From an uncultured delta proteobacterium (GTDB lineage: Bacteria; Myxococcota_A; Polyangia; Polyangiales; B10-G4): a stretch of 64,000 bases of DNA. The position numbers were made by a program, and so were the translations under genes. Of this stretch, positions 10,191 to 20,683 are shown piece by piece (the stretch's first letter is position 1; the number at the start of each line of letters is the position of its first letter). Under the pieces are notes generated by a model. It was not told where the DNA came from. It worked only from the letters and a program-made list of their open reading frames with translations, and ran no database searches. Location of the stretch: positions 1 through 64,000 of the forward strand of contig CAVSGI010000009.1 in assembly GCA_963727445.1 (NCBI GenBank), read 5' to 3'.

Positions 10191-10984
10191 CGGGGATTCA
10201 GCCTCACGAGGAGCGCGCCGCTTCCGCCGCCCTCGATGGACGCCGTGACGAAGGCGTGGACCGCGGGCCCGGCGTTGCCGCGCATGATCGCGGACAGGAC
10301 CCGATCGCCGAGCACGCCGATCCCGCCCTCCGAGTGCAGACCCTTGCCGTGGATCACGCGAACGATCGCGCGGCCCCGGTCGCGCTCCCGAGCGAGGAAG
10401 GCGATCAGCGCCTTCGTCGCTTCGTCGCCGGTCATGCCGTGCAGATCGATCTCCGCTTCCGGGGTCGCCCGTCCGTTTCGGAGATCGGCGAGGCGACTCT
10501 TCGGCGCGTCCTCACGCCGGCCCTCGACCCAGCCGTCGTCGCGCCGCACCTCGAAGCGGAGCCCACCGGCGACCAGCGAAGCGAGCTTCGCGCGCGCCGC
10601 GGCGTCGACCGAGTCGCGCTGCACCCGCTGCGGGGCTTCGCTCGGCGCGGCGTCCTTCGACTTCTTCCTCCGCTTCGCGTTCTTCTTCGCGCCGAGCGGA
10701 GCCACGTCCGAAAACGCGACGTTGAAGGCGGCGCGATCCTCGTAGCTGTAGCCCGGATCCGTCGGGCTCGACTCCGGCGCCTTCTGCTTCGGCGGCGGGG
10801 GCGCCTCCGCGCCTTCCTTCTTCTTCGGCGGCGCAGCTCCGGCCTCCTCTTCGACCTTCATCCCCCGCAGCGCCTCGGCGAAAGGGCGCGAGATGTGCTT
10901 CGGCGCGCCCAGAGGGGCCTGGCCCGTCGGCTCCTGGCCGACCCGCTTCGCCTTCTTCTTCTTGCGGCCCATCCCGCCTTTCAT
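10187..10984 (-). CDS. Smr domain protein
   Basis: IDLHGMT, IHGKGLHS, GGSGA motifs. Confidence 0.88.
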   Translation of the reverse strand: MKGGMGRKKKKAKRVGQEPTGQAPLGAPKHISRPFAEALRGMKVEEEAGAAPPKKKEGAEAPPPPKQKAPESSPTDPGYSYEDRAAFNVAFSDVAPLGAKKNAKRRKKSKDAAPSEAPQRVQRDSVDAAARAKLASLVAGGLRFEVRRDDGWVEGRREDAPKSRLADLRNGRATPEAEIDLHGMTGDEATKALIAFLARERDRGRAIVRVIHGKGLHSEGGIGVLGDRVLSAIMRGNAGPAVHAFVTASIEGGGSGALLVRLNPR

Positions 10985-11032
10985 ACCGCGCTCTTGTGGA
11001 CCGCGCCCAGCGCCCGCGCTAAACAGCGCCGC

Positions 11033-11632
11033 GTGACCGATTCGAGCGCCAAACCCGGCTTCTTCTCCCGGCTCTTCCTCTCATGGGTCGCCTACTTTCG
11101 CACCCTCTTCGACGCGGACTTCGCGGCGGGAATCGTCCGGCTCCGGAGCGGAGTCGCCGCCCTGCCGGCCAACGCCGAGGCCGGTGAGAAGAAGGAGAAG
11201 AAGGAGAAGAAGAAGGAGGCGCCCCCGCCCAAGCCGGTGGTGCTCCGAGAGGCCACCCCCGACGCGGCCCTGCAGCTTCTGTCGCTGCTCCAGCGGGAAG
11301 GCCGCTTCATCGACTTCCTCGAGGAGGACGTGTCCTCTTTCAGCGACGCGGACATCGGCGCCGCCGCGCGCGTGGTCCACGAGGGCTGCAAGAAGGCGCT
11401 CGACGAGCACCTCGACATCGCCCCCATCCGAAGCGAGGACGAGGGCGACAAGGTGACGCTCGAGGAGGGCTTCGACGCGAGCAGCGTTCGCCTCACCGGC
11501 AACGTGGTCGGTGATGCGCCCTTCACCGGGACCCTGTCGCACCGCGGCTGGCGCGCGAACAAGATCGAGCTCCCCAAGCTCTCCGAAGATCACGACGCGT
11601 CGATCCTCATGCCCGCCGAGGTCGAGCTGTGA
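11033..11632 (+). CDS. DUF2760-like protein
   Basis: LQREGRFIDFL, HRGW, PAEVEL motifs; coupled to Hsp70-like gene. Confidence 0.8.
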   Translation: MTDSSAKPGFFSRLFLSWVAYFRTLFDADFAAGIVRLRSGVAALPANAEAGEKKEKKEKKKEAPPPKPVVLREATPDAALQLLSLLQREGRFIDFLEEDVSSFSDADIGAAARVVHEGCKKALDEHLDIAPIRSEDEGDKVTLEEGFDASSVRLTGNVVGDAPFTGTLSHRGWRANKIELPKLSEDHDASILMPAEVEL

Positions 11633-13449
11633 GCGACGACGACGAGGTCCTCTACGCCGTCGGCGTCGACCTCGGCACCACCCACTCTGCGCTGAGCTAC
11701 GTCGACCTCGATCTCTCGGAGGGCGAGGCGGTGGCGCAGCACGTCCTGTCCATCCCGCAGCTGACCTCGCCCGGCTCGATCGAGGGGCAGGATCTGCTGC
11801 CCTCGTTTCTGTATCTGCCGCACCCCGACGAGCTGAAGGCCTCGGACCTCACGCTCCCCTGGGACGCGGAGGGGACGAAGGCCGCGGGCGTGCTCGCGCG
11901 CGATCTCGGCGGAAAGACGCCCATCCGCCTGGTGTCGAGCGCCAAGAGCTGGCTCTGTCATCCCGGCGTCGACCGGCGCGGGCCGATCCTTCCTCCCGAT
12001 GCGCCCGAGGAGGTCGAGCGCCTCTCGCCCCTCGACGCCTCCGAGCACTACCTCGCGCACCTGCGCGCCGCCTGGGACCAGAAGCACCCCGAGGCGCCGC
12101 TCTCTCAACAGGACGTCACCATCACGGTCCCCGCTTCGTTCGATCCGGCGGCGCGCGAGCTCACCGCCGAGGCCGCGCGCCGCGCCGGCTACGAGCGCCT
12201 GACGCTCCTCGAGGAGCCGCAGGCGGCGCTCTACAGCTGGATCCAGCGGAGCGGCGGCGACTGGCGAGAGCAGGTCTCGGTCGGCGACGTGATCCTGGTG
12301 ATCGACCTCGGCGGCGGCACCGCCGACTTCTCGCTCATCACCGTTCAAGAGGAGGAGGGCGCGCTCACCCTCGAGCGCATCGCGGTCGGCGATCACATCC
12401 TCCTCGGCGGCGACAACATGGACCTCGCGCTCGCCCATACGGTGCGCATGAAGCTCGAGGCCGAGGGCAAGAGCCTCGACGACTGGCAGCTCCGCGCGCT
12501 GACCCACGGCTGTCGCGCGGCGAAGGAGAAGCTCCTCGGCGACGGCGAGGAGACCGAGGTCCCCATCGTCGTGCCGAGTCGCGGGAGCAAGCTGGTCGGC
12601 GGCTCGCTCCGCACCGAGCTCACCCGCGACGAGGTGAAGAAGGTGATCCTCGATGGCTTCTTTCCGGTCGTCGGCCGCGAGGAAGGCCCCAAGTCGCGGG
12701 GCCGCGCCGCGCTCACGCAGCTCGGCCTGCCCTACGCCCACGACGCCGGCATCACGCGTCACCTCGCCGCCTTCCTCGGCCGTCAGGCCGGCGCCATCGA
12801 GGGCAGCGGCGAGTTCGCGCGCCCCACGGCGGTCCTCTTCAACGGCGGCGTCTTCAAGTCGAAGATCCTCCGCGACCGCATCCTGTCGGTGCTCAACAGC
12901 TGGCTGATCACGGCGGGCGCCAAGCCCGCGCGCATCCTCGAAGGCGCCGACCTCGACCTCGCCTGCGCCCGCGGCGCCGCGTACTACGGCTACGTGCTCC
13001 GCGGCGGCGGCGTGCGCATCCGCGGCGGCACCGCCAAGTCCTTCTACGTCGGCGTCGAAGCCGCGATGCCGGCCGTTCCCGGCATGGAGCCTCCGCTCTC
13101 CGCGCTCTGCCTGGCGCCCTTCGGACTCGAAGAGGGGAGCGAGGCCGGCTCCCCGGAGCAGCCCTTCGGCCTGGTGGTGGGCGAGCCGGTGCGCTTCCGC
13201 TTCTTCGGCTCCTCCGTGCGCCGCGACGACCACGTGGGCACCGTGCTCTCGCGCTGGAACGAAGGCGAGCTCGAAGAGCTCGACGAGCTCGAGGCGACGC
13301 TCCCGGCCGAGGGCCGCACGCCGGGGGAGGTGGTCCCCGTCTTTCTGCGCGCGCGCGTCACCGAGGTCGGAACGCTCGAGCTCGAGGCCATCCCGCGCAG
13401 CGGCGGCGCGCCGTGGGGCGTGGAGTTCGACGTTCGCGGCGGCGACTGA
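11629..13449 (+). CDS. Atypical Hsp70-family protein
   Basis: GVDLGTT, TVPASFD, EEPQAA, DLGGGTADF. Confidence 0.9.
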   Translation: MSDDDEVLYAVGVDLGTTHSALSYVDLDLSEGEAVAQHVLSIPQLTSPGSIEGQDLLPSFLYLPHPDELKASDLTLPWDAEGTKAAGVLARDLGGKTPIRLVSSAKSWLCHPGVDRRGPILPPDAPEEVERLSPLDASEHYLAHLRAAWDQKHPEAPLSQQDVTITVPASFDPAARELTAEAARRAGYERLTLLEEPQAALYSWIQRSGGDWREQVSVGDVILVIDLGGGTADFSLITVQEEEGALTLERIAVGDHILLGGDNMDLALAHTVRMKLEAEGKSLDDWQLRALTHGCRAAKEKLLGDGEETEVPIVVPSRGSKLVGGSLRTELTRDEVKKVILDGFFPVVGREEGPKSRGRAALTQLGLPYAHDAGITRHLAAFLGRQAGAIEGSGEFARPTAVLFNGGVFKSKILRDRILSVLNSWLITAGAKPARILEGADLDLACARGAAYYGYVLRGGGVRIRGGTAKSFYVGVEAAMPAVPGMEPPLSALCLAPFGLEEGSEAGSPEQPFGLVVGEPVRFRFFGSSVRRDDHVGTVLSRWNEGELEELDELEATLPAEGRTPGEVVPVFLRARVTEVGTLELEAIPRSGGAPWGVEFDVRGGD

Positions 13450-13605
13450 GGACTGGCGCCGATCGTTCGCGACGCGCCTGTTGCTCCAGCGCCACAGCGG
13501 CCTCTGGCGGCTTCGCCAGACGCCACCCATCGAGTGGTCGCACCCCGAGAGGATTGGGCTTTCCGCGGACGCGTCGCGGGCGCGCATCTTGCTGCCCCGA
13601 CGGGC

Positions 13606-14670
13606 GTGAAACGCTCTCTTCTCTTGTCGCTGCTCATCGTGGCCGGCTGCGCCGTCTCCACCGATACAGGCACGGCGGGTGATCCCGCCCTCGGTCCCGC
13701 GGACGATCCCTCCTCCGCGACGGATACACCGCCCCCCGAGAGCGAGCCCTTCCTGCCCAGCGTCCCCCGAGGCTGCGTCCTGTCGTCGCCCGCCGGTCCG
13801 ACGACCGAGGCCGGCTTCGATCATCTGACGAGCGGGCTCTTCGGCAGAGCGCGTCACGAGCTCAGCGAGCCGGTCGTCACCCTCGGCGAGAACGTCTCGC
13901 TCGAAGCGCGCTTTCGCTACGGCCTGACGAGCAAGGATCTCGAAGACGAAGAGGTCGTCGCCTACGTTCGCCTCGAAGCTTGCGGCGAGTGGACGGAGGT
14001 CGCCGATCTTCGCACCGACGACGATGGGATGATCTTCGTCGACCTCGACCCGGGGCTCTTCCCGGAGGTCGGCGCCTACGAGGTGGAGATCGTGGCGCTC
14101 GGCGACCTGTCCCGCGCGCGGGGTCGCATCTACGTCGTGCCCGCGGAGCAGAAGGCCGTGGTCTTCGACATCGACGGCACCCTCACCACGAGCGACTCGC
14201 AGCTCTTCACCGAGCTCTACCAGGGCACTCCCGCCGAGATGTACGAGGGCGCGCCCGACGTCGCCTGGCTCTACGCGGAAGCCGGCTACCTCATCGTCTA
14301 CCTCACCGGTCGCCCCCACATGCTCCAGGACATGAGCCGCACCTGGCTCGAGGACAATCACTTCCCCGTGGGCCCCGTGATCACCAGCGACAATCTTCTC
14401 GAGTCGACCGGGCCCCTGGTCGAACAGCACAAGCGCGAGCACCTGGCGCTTCTCGAGGGCGAGGGGATCACCTTCGCGCGTGCCTACGGGAACGCGACCA
14501 CGGACATCTGCGCCTACGCCAAGTCGGAGATCGATCCCGCCCAGACCTTCATCATCGGCACCCACGGCGGCGAGGCCTGTGACGACACCGACTACGCGCC
14601 GACCGTCGCGGTGGAGAGCTATCCCGCGCATCTCGCGTCGGTCGATCCCCTTCCTGCCACCTGGGAGTGA
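13606..14670 (+). CDS. HAD-fold LNS2/PITP-like lipoprotein
   Basis: VAGC lipobox; FDIDGTLT, YLTGRP, AYGN..TD. Confidence 0.8.
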   Translation: MKRSLLLSLLIVAGCAVSTDTGTAGDPALGPADDPSSATDTPPPESEPFLPSVPRGCVLSSPAGPTTEAGFDHLTSGLFGRARHELSEPVVTLGENVSLEARFRYGLTSKDLEDEEVVAYVRLEACGEWTEVADLRTDDDGMIFVDLDPGLFPEVGAYEVEIVALGDLSRARGRIYVVPAEQKAVVFDIDGTLTTSDSQLFTELYQGTPAEMYEGAPDVAWLYAEAGYLIVYLTGRPHMLQDMSRTWLEDNHFPVGPVITSDNLLESTGPLVEQHKREHLALLEGEGITFARAYGNATTDICAYAKSEIDPAQTFIIGTHGGEACDDTDYAPTVAVESYPAHLASVDPLPATWE

Positions 14671-14713
14671 GTCGAGCCTTGCATTCGGCGCGTTCGGGCC
14701 CCATCAAAAGCCC

Positions 14714-15202
14714 ATGAGCGATATCTACGACATCGAGGTCGAGACCCTCGCTGGCGAGAAGCGGAAGATGGACGCCTATCGCGGCAAGGCCTTGCTAATC
14801 GTCAACGTCGCGAGCAAATGCGGGTTCACGCCGCAGTACGAGGGACTGCAAGAGCTCTACGACGAGTACCACGACCGCGGCTTCGAGATTCTGGGCTTCC
14901 CGTGCAATCAGTTCGGCGCCCAGGAGCCCGGGACGGCCGAGGAGATCGGCTCCTTCTGCCAGAAGAACTACGGCGTCAGCTTCCCCATGCACGCCAAGAT
15001 CGACGTCAACGGCAGCGACGCGCACCCGCTCTACCGCTTCCTGCGCACAGAGAAGGGCGGCATCCTTGGCGACGCCATCAAGTGGAACTTCACCAAGTTC
15101 CTCGTCGACCCTTCGGGCAACGTGATCGGCCGCTACGGCTCGCGCAAGAAGCCGTCGGACCTCCGGGGCGACATCGAGAAGATCCTGCCGTCGGGCGGCT
15201 GA
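14714..15202 (+). CDS. Glutathione peroxidase (Cys type)
   Basis: NVASKCGFT, FPCNQF, IKWNFTKFL. Confidence 0.95.
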   Translation: MSDIYDIEVETLAGEKRKMDAYRGKALLIVNVASKCGFTPQYEGLQELYDEYHDRGFEILGFPCNQFGAQEPGTAEEIGSFCQKNYGVSFPMHAKIDVNGSDAHPLYRFLRTEKGGILGDAIKWNFTKFLVDPSGNVIGRYGSRKKPSDLRGDIEKILPSGG

Positions 15203-15336
15203 GCGTCCTTCGACGATCCAGCACAACGACGTGGTCAGGCGCCACCGGCCGGGGAATCTGCCGACGAAGACGCGGGGGCCAGCGGCTCGATCGAGCGTGT
15301 GCACCCGCTCCGGTCCCGGGCTATTCTCCGCGCCCG

Positions 15337-16260
15337 ATGACGAAGAGAGTTGGCGATCAGCCCTCGGTCGGCCGGCGTGTGGTGTTGAAGCTGGCCGGTG
15401 CTTCCGCGGCATCCGTCGCGACCGCAGGCGGGGCCGTGGTCCTCGTCGGTTGTGGCGACGACACGAGCGAGCCCCCGCCCGAGAGCGGAAGCTTCTTCGA
15501 CGAAGCCGCGTGGGCGATCGTCGACGCGGCCACCGAGGTGATGCTCCCCAGTGATGCCGACGCACCGGCCGCGAAGGAGGCGAGGGTCGTGGCGTACATC
15601 GACACTCTTCTGTCCGCGTTCGATTTCGATCCCCCGCGCATCTTCGCGGGCGGACCGTACAGCGGGCGGCGGCCGTTCCCGGCCGCAGACGGCAGCGCTT
15701 CCGAAGACTATCCGGACGACGCCTTCGCGCAGTTCATGCCCCTGTCGCGCGTTCACGAGATGGCGTGGCGCATCCGCATCTACGGCTCCGAGGCGACGCC
15801 CGGGGGCGACTTCAACGACGCGGTGCTCGGACCCACGCGGGGCTATCGCGACATCTACACCGACGGCGTCGCCGCTCTCGAGGCGGCCGCGCAGAGCCGA
15901 AGTGGGGTCGGCTTCGCGGCGCTCGCGCTCTCGGACCGGAGCGCGGTCCTGACGCAGGTCGCGCGGACGCAGCCCGACTTCGCCGAGCTCCTGCTTCACC
16001 ACACGCTGGAGGGGACCTTCGCGGCGCCGGAGTACGGCGGCAACGAGGGGCTCGCGGGGTGGAGCCTCTCCGGCTGGGATGGCGACAGCATGCCCATGGG
16101 GTGCTCTTACTACGACGAGGCCTCGGGCACGCATCACGACGTACCCGATCGACCCACCTCCATCGCCACGCCGGGGGACGAGCCCGAGGACTTCGATCCG
16201 ATGACCGTCTCCCTCCTCGAGGTCGCCGCGCTCGGCTCCGGCGGACAAAGGTTCTTCTGA
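15337..16260 (+). CDS. Gluconate 2-dehydrogenase subunit 3-like Tat lipoprotein
   Basis: RRVVLK signal plus VGC; EG.F..PEYGGN motif; coupled to GMC gene. Confidence 0.8.
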   Translation: MTKRVGDQPSVGRRVVLKLAGASAASVATAGGAVVLVGCGDDTSEPPPESGSFFDEAAWAIVDAATEVMLPSDADAPAAKEARVVAYIDTLLSAFDFDPPRIFAGGPYSGRRPFPAADGSASEDYPDDAFAQFMPLSRVHEMAWRIRIYGSEATPGGDFNDAVLGPTRGYRDIYTDGVAALEAAAQSRSGVGFAALALSDRSAVLTQVARTQPDFAELLLHHTLEGTFAAPEYGGNEGLAGWSLSGWDGDSMPMGCSYYDEASGTHHDVPDRPTSIATPGDEPEDFDPMTVSLLEVAALGSGGQRFF

Positions 16261-17975
16261 TGGCGCTGCCTTCGACCGAGCCCAACGTCCTGGGCGAGAC
16301 CTCGCTCTCCGAGTTCGACGTGATCGTGATCGGCAGCGGTGCCGGTGGCTCCGCCGCGACCTACGTGCTCTGCAACGAGGGCCTTCGCGTGCTCGTGCTC
16401 GAGGCGGGGGACAATTACTTCCCGGGCCTCGACGACCCGGGCGGCCAGCCGCCGCCGCTCTTCTCGAACGACGAGCTCAAGCTGGGCGTGCGTCACCTGA
16501 TCGAGACCGACGCGGTGGTGGACCCGCGCTCCTTCCGCGCGAGCGAGGCCGACGGGATGCGCACCTTCGTGGGCGACGTGAACGGTCTGCCCAAGACGGT
16601 CGGCGGCGCGGCGGTGCACGCCGACATGAAGTACGTGCGCTTCAACGACTTCGATTTCCAGCTCGGCACGCTTCTGGGCGACATCCCGGGCGCGAGCTTC
16701 GCGGACTGGCCGGTCAGCTATGACGCGCTCGAGCCCTTCTACGTCGAGGTCGAGCACGCGGTGGGCGTGCAGGGGCTGGACGGCAGCGACCCCAACGCGT
16801 CGATGCGTAGCCGCGCCTACCCCATGCCCCCGGGCATCCCCATGTACGCGAACCAGCTGCTCGCCGATGCGGCGAGTGAGCTGGGCTACACGCCCTTCCC
16901 CTATCCGACGGCGGTCAACTCGGTTCCCTATCGCGGCCGGCCGGCGTGTGTGGACTGCGGGTTCTGCAGCGGATACGGGTGCGTGAACCACTCCAAGTGC
17001 TCTCCCGCGGTGACGCTCCTCCGCGCCGCGCTGCTCACCGGCAACTGCCAGGTTCGCTTCAACGCGCCGGCCATGCGTCTGGTTCCGAACGCCACCGGCA
17101 CGGCCGTGGACTCGATCGAGTACCTGGACCCCGCCGGTGACATGCAGGAGGCGCGCGCCGATCGCATCGTGCTCGCGGCGAGTCCCGTCGAGGACGCCCG
17201 GCTACTCCTGCTCAGCGATCCGGATGGAAGCGGGCTCGGCAACTCATCGGACCAGGTCGGCCGAAACCTGCTCTTCCACTTTCAGACCATCGTCGCCGGG
17301 GTGATGCGGCAGCGCGTTCACGGGCACCGCGGTCGCTCGGTCACCCACGGCTTCAGCGATTTCCGCGGCGTGCCCGGCGATCCGATGCGACCCCTCGGGG
17401 GCATCGTGGAGCTAAGCGCGCGGGCCGAGGTGATCGCGGAAGCGAAGACCTACGCCTTCGACCTCGGACAGCGCGGGCGCAGGCTGGTCAGCTTGATGCG
17501 CGAGAGTCCGCTCCGCGACAAGATCGTCGCGCTGATCATGCAGGCCGAGGACGCGCCGCAGGCGACCAATCGCGTCGATCTCGACCCGGAGATCCGCGAC
17601 CTGAACGGCCGGCCGGTGGCGCGGGTGACCTACGCGAGCCACGACTACGAGCTCTCCGCGCGCGAGCACTACCTGCCGAAGATGGTGGAGATCCTCCAGG
17701 GGGCGGGCGCGCAATTCGGGCTGGTGGATCCCATCGACGTGCCGTCGAGCTCGCGTCACGTGATGGGCACGCTCCGGATGGGCAGCGATCCGGCGACCAG
17801 CGTGTGCGACGCGACCGGCAAGCTTCACGACCTCGGCAACGTCTACTGCGCCGACGGCGCGCTGTTCCCGACGAGCTCGGGCATGAACCCGACCCTGACC
17901 CTCCAGGCCCTCGCGATGCGCGTCGCCGGCGACATGGTCTACCCGGGCACCCCGGAGCGCGTCCTGCGCGAGTAG
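16260..17975 (+). CDS. GMC family oxidoreductase
   Basis: GSGAGG, CVDCGFC..YGC, HVMGTLRMG, NPTLT. Confidence 0.92.
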   Translation: MALPSTEPNVLGETSLSEFDVIVIGSGAGGSAATYVLCNEGLRVLVLEAGDNYFPGLDDPGGQPPPLFSNDELKLGVRHLIETDAVVDPRSFRASEADGMRTFVGDVNGLPKTVGGAAVHADMKYVRFNDFDFQLGTLLGDIPGASFADWPVSYDALEPFYVEVEHAVGVQGLDGSDPNASMRSRAYPMPPGIPMYANQLLADAASELGYTPFPYPTAVNSVPYRGRPACVDCGFCSGYGCVNHSKCSPAVTLLRAALLTGNCQVRFNAPAMRLVPNATGTAVDSIEYLDPAGDMQEARADRIVLAASPVEDARLLLLSDPDGSGLGNSSDQVGRNLLFHFQTIVAGVMRQRVHGHRGRSVTHGFSDFRGVPGDPMRPLGGIVELSARAEVIAEAKTYAFDLGQRGRRLVSLMRESPLRDKIVALIMQAEDAPQATNRVDLDPEIRDLNGRPVARVTYASHDYELSAREHYLPKMVEILQGAGAQFGLVDPIDVPSSSRHVMGTLRMGSDPATSVCDATGKLHDLGNVYCADGALFPTSSGMNPTLTLQALAMRVAGDMVYPGTPERVLRE

Positions 17976-17994
17976 CGGTCGGCACAGACGTCTG

Positions 17995-18069
17995 TGGCTC
18001 CGAGGGGTGGATTCGAACCACCATTCGCGGTTCCAAAGACCGCTGTCCTAACCATTAGACGACCCCGGA
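17995..18069 (-). tRNA. tRNA-Gln(TTG)
   Basis: Canonical cloverleaf; GCGGT-CTTTGGA-ACCGC anticodon arm; CCA end. Confidence 0.95.
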
Positions 18070-18111
18070 ATGGAGTCCTCCATATAACACTCGCGCCGCC
18101 GGGCGCTAGGG

Positions 18112-19638
18112 TTAGTGCGCCGTCAAGGCGCGACCCATGCGCGTGGGCATGGCTTCGAGGGCCCGCTCCGCGATCTCCCGGATCGCGGGGGCCTCGTCCT
18201 CCGTCGCGGCGATGAGCGCTGCCTCGAAGGTCTGTACGCCTATCTTGGCCATGGCGTCCACGGCGTGGAATCGGATCTCGGCGTGCTCGGAGAGACGGTC
18301 CTGCTCGAGGCGTCGCGCGATCGCGTGGCGCAGGTCGTCGTTGGAGGTGTTTCGGTAGCGGGTGACGATGCGGGCGTAGGCGCCGCGCCCGGGGATCTCG
18401 TCATGGGCGTCGTCGTGAGTGACGGCCGTTGTGTCGTCGGTGCCGTCGTTCTTGCGCTTCTTCAGCGTGGGCAGGGGACGCGCCGGGACCGAGCTGCTGC
18501 GCCGCTTGCGCTCGGACTTCTTCACCTGCGCGTGGCGGATGACGCCCGAGCCTTCCTCGACCGCGTCGAGCTCGGCGACGTCGAGCTCCGGCAGGGCGCT
18601 CTCCTTGTGCTTCGCGACGCGCGCCTCATCGGCGGCTTCGCTCACCAGCTGCGTCACGCGCGCGGGCAGCGCCGCGCAGCTCGCCAGGATGCGCACCGTG
18701 GTCTTGTCGGTCTTGGCGCTCGAGCGATAGATCGAGATGTCCACGCTCGCGCCGTCGGTGTCGGCCTTCCACTGTTCGCGCAGCTGCTCGACCACGCGGA
18801 CCGGCGTGTCGGCCAGCGCCTTTTCGGGCACCTCCAAGACGATCTGGAGCGCAGAGACCGAAGCGGGATCGACGCCCGCGGCGAGCACCCAGCTGCTCAT
18901 GAGCGATTCGCTGATCGCATCCGAGACCTGCTCGGCGGTGAGGGAATCGATCTCCGTGGCGGCGAAGTTCAGAGTGCCTCCCGCGGTGAGAACGCGCGCG
19001 AGGCGCGATCCGTCGAGCGCGGTCACGGGCGTGAGATCGTCGCGCGCGACGAGCCGGTTGAGCGCGTCGAGGGGCTCCACGATCTTCTGATTGATCGTCT
19101 CGCGGTACTCGAGGAGCGGGACGTCGGCGTTCATGTCGGCCAGGCGCGCGTGGTCGACGAGGATCAGCCCGTCGAGCTCCGCCTTGGTCAACGCGTGCAC
19201 CGCGCGGACGGCGTTCACCTTCGTCTCCGCGGTCGCCCCCGCCGTGGGCAGGGTCGCGACCACCAGCACGCTCGCTTCGCAGTCGAGATTGCCGACCAGC
19301 TCCGCCACGGCCGACCCGGTGCCGCCGCCGAGGCCCGCCATCACGAGGACGATCGACGCATCGCGCGATTCGGAGCGCACGATGTCGGCGATGCGGCGCC
19401 CATTGTCGCGGATGTGCCGCGCACCGATGCTCGGATCGCCCGCCGCATCGTGTGCGTCGTCCGCCCCGATGAAGTGGCAGCGCTCCTTGGGGACGTGCTC
19501 TTGCGCGTCGGCTGCCCGTCTCGTGCTGTGGAAGGTCACGGCTCGGTAGCCGCGTCGGGCCATCTCGGCGGAGAGCCGTCCACCGGCTCCTCCCAATCCG
19601 ACGACCAGGATGTCGAGCGCGCAGTCGCGAAGCGCCAT
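18112..19638 (-). CDS. Divergent tubulin/FtsZ-family GTPase with C-terminal HEAT-like repeat
   Basis: VVGLGGAGG and GLGGGTGS signatures; C-terminal IRFHAVDAMAKIG..IREIAERAL. Confidence 0.75.
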   Translation of the reverse strand: MALRDCALDILVVGLGGAGGRLSAEMARRGYRAVTFHSTRRAADAQEHVPKERCHFIGADDAHDAAGDPSIGARHIRDNGRRIADIVRSESRDASIVLVMAGLGGGTGSAVAELVGNLDCEASVLVVATLPTAGATAETKVNAVRAVHALTKAELDGLILVDHARLADMNADVPLLEYRETINQKIVEPLDALNRLVARDDLTPVTALDGSRLARVLTAGGTLNFAATEIDSLTAEQVSDAISESLMSSWVLAAGVDPASVSALQIVLEVPEKALADTPVRVVEQLREQWKADTDGASVDISIYRSSAKTDKTTVRILASCAALPARVTQLVSEAADEARVAKHKESALPELDVAELDAVEEGSGVIRHAQVKKSERKRRSSSVPARPLPTLKKRKNDGTDDTTAVTHDDAHDEIPGRGAYARIVTRYRNTSNDDLRHAIARRLEQDRLSEHAEIRFHAVDAMAKIGVQTFEAALIAATEDEAPAIREIAERALEAMPTRMGRALTAH

Positions 19639-19892
19639 GTGCGAGTGTCCTTTCGCTGTGTAGGACAATGTGTGAGCAAGGAGCGATCCACGCCCCGCAT
19701 CCCGCGAAAATCGGCGCTTTCGCACTTCAGGTGGGAGCGGGGAGCGTTCCGTGCACCCGACCTTGGCGCGAGGCTCGCTCCGCCGACACGTCCTTCTGCC
19801 AGGCGAGTTGCCTCGAATCGAAGCAGGAGAATATTCTCCGGATGAGCTTCGAGACGTCACGCGGGACGCCTCAGAACCTCGTCGGAGCGTCG

Positions 19893-20414
19893 ATGTTCGA
19901 GAAGATTCGCGCCGACATGCGCGCGTACGAGGAAGATGGCGGTTGGTACAAGAACCTCGGCTTCTACGTCGGGGCCACCTACCGCTTCGGCTACTGGGCT
20001 CACAAGCGCGAGTCCAAGCCCGCCCGCCTGGGCCTCGGCGCCATGCACCGCGTGATGGCGACGCCCTGGCGGCTCTTCCGCAACGTCTGGCTCCTCGCGC
20101 CGTGCGAGATCGGCCCCGGGCTGCGCATCGTCAATCCGCACAACGTCCTGGTTGCCCCCGACGCCAGCCTCGGCGCGAACTGCTCCCTCGATCACGCCGT
20201 GACGCTCGGGACCGGTCCGCTGCCTGGCGCACCCGCGGTGGGCAACGGCGTGGTGGTCTCTGCTGGCGCCAAAATCCTCGGGGGCGTACGCGTGGGAGAC
20301 GACGTCTTCGTAGGCGACAACGCCGTGGTCACCAAGGACGTGCCGAGCCACGTCTCCATCTCGGTCGCGACCCCTCGACAGGTGGCCCGGCCGGCACACG
20401 CTGTTGGGGAGTAG
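19893..20414 (+). CDS. Serine acetyltransferase-like hexapeptide-repeat acyltransferase
   Basis: IGPGL, GAKILGGVRVGD, NAVVTKDVP. Confidence 0.85.
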   Translation: MFEKIRADMRAYEEDGGWYKNLGFYVGATYRFGYWAHKRESKPARLGLGAMHRVMATPWRLFRNVWLLAPCEIGPGLRIVNPHNVLVAPDASLGANCSLDHAVTLGTGPLPGAPAVGNGVVVSAGAKILGGVRVGDDVFVGDNAVVTKDVPSHVSISVATPRQVARPAHAVGE

Positions 20415-20423
20415 CGTCGGCCT

Positions 20424-20669
20424 TCAGCCGGCTTGCTTGCGCTCGATGAAGGCGGCGATCTGGGCGATCGAGTCGAGGTTGTCCGGGAGCATCTCCTCGT
20501 CTTCGACCGTGATGCCGAAGTCGTCCTCGATGAACGCGATCACCTCGAGCACGCCGGTCGAGTCGATGATGCCGAGCGTGAGTAGCGAGTCCTCTTCTTT
20601 GAGGTCCGCCGAAGCGGCCGCGTAGAAGTTGCTCGTGATGAATTCCCGGACCTTCTGCTTGGTATCCAT
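20424..20669 (-). CDS. Acyl carrier protein
   Basis: GIIDSTGVLE phosphopantetheine site; 81 aa, acidic. Confidence 0.9.
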   Translation of the reverse strand: MDTKQKVREFITSNFYAAASADLKEEDSLLTLGIIDSTGVLEVIAFIEDDFGITVEDEEMLPDNLDSIAQIAAFIERKQAG

Positions 20670-20683
20670 GTCTCTGGTTTTCC

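Noticed and set aside
11590..14631. 1013-aa minus-strand ORF and similar long antisense ORFs (3097-5037, 18115-19845, 59691-61253)
   Set aside because: High-GC shadow frames opposite genes with clear motifs
18112..19638. Canonical cell-division ftsZ
   Set aside because: No dcw neighbours; T7 loop and C-terminal peptide not recognisable
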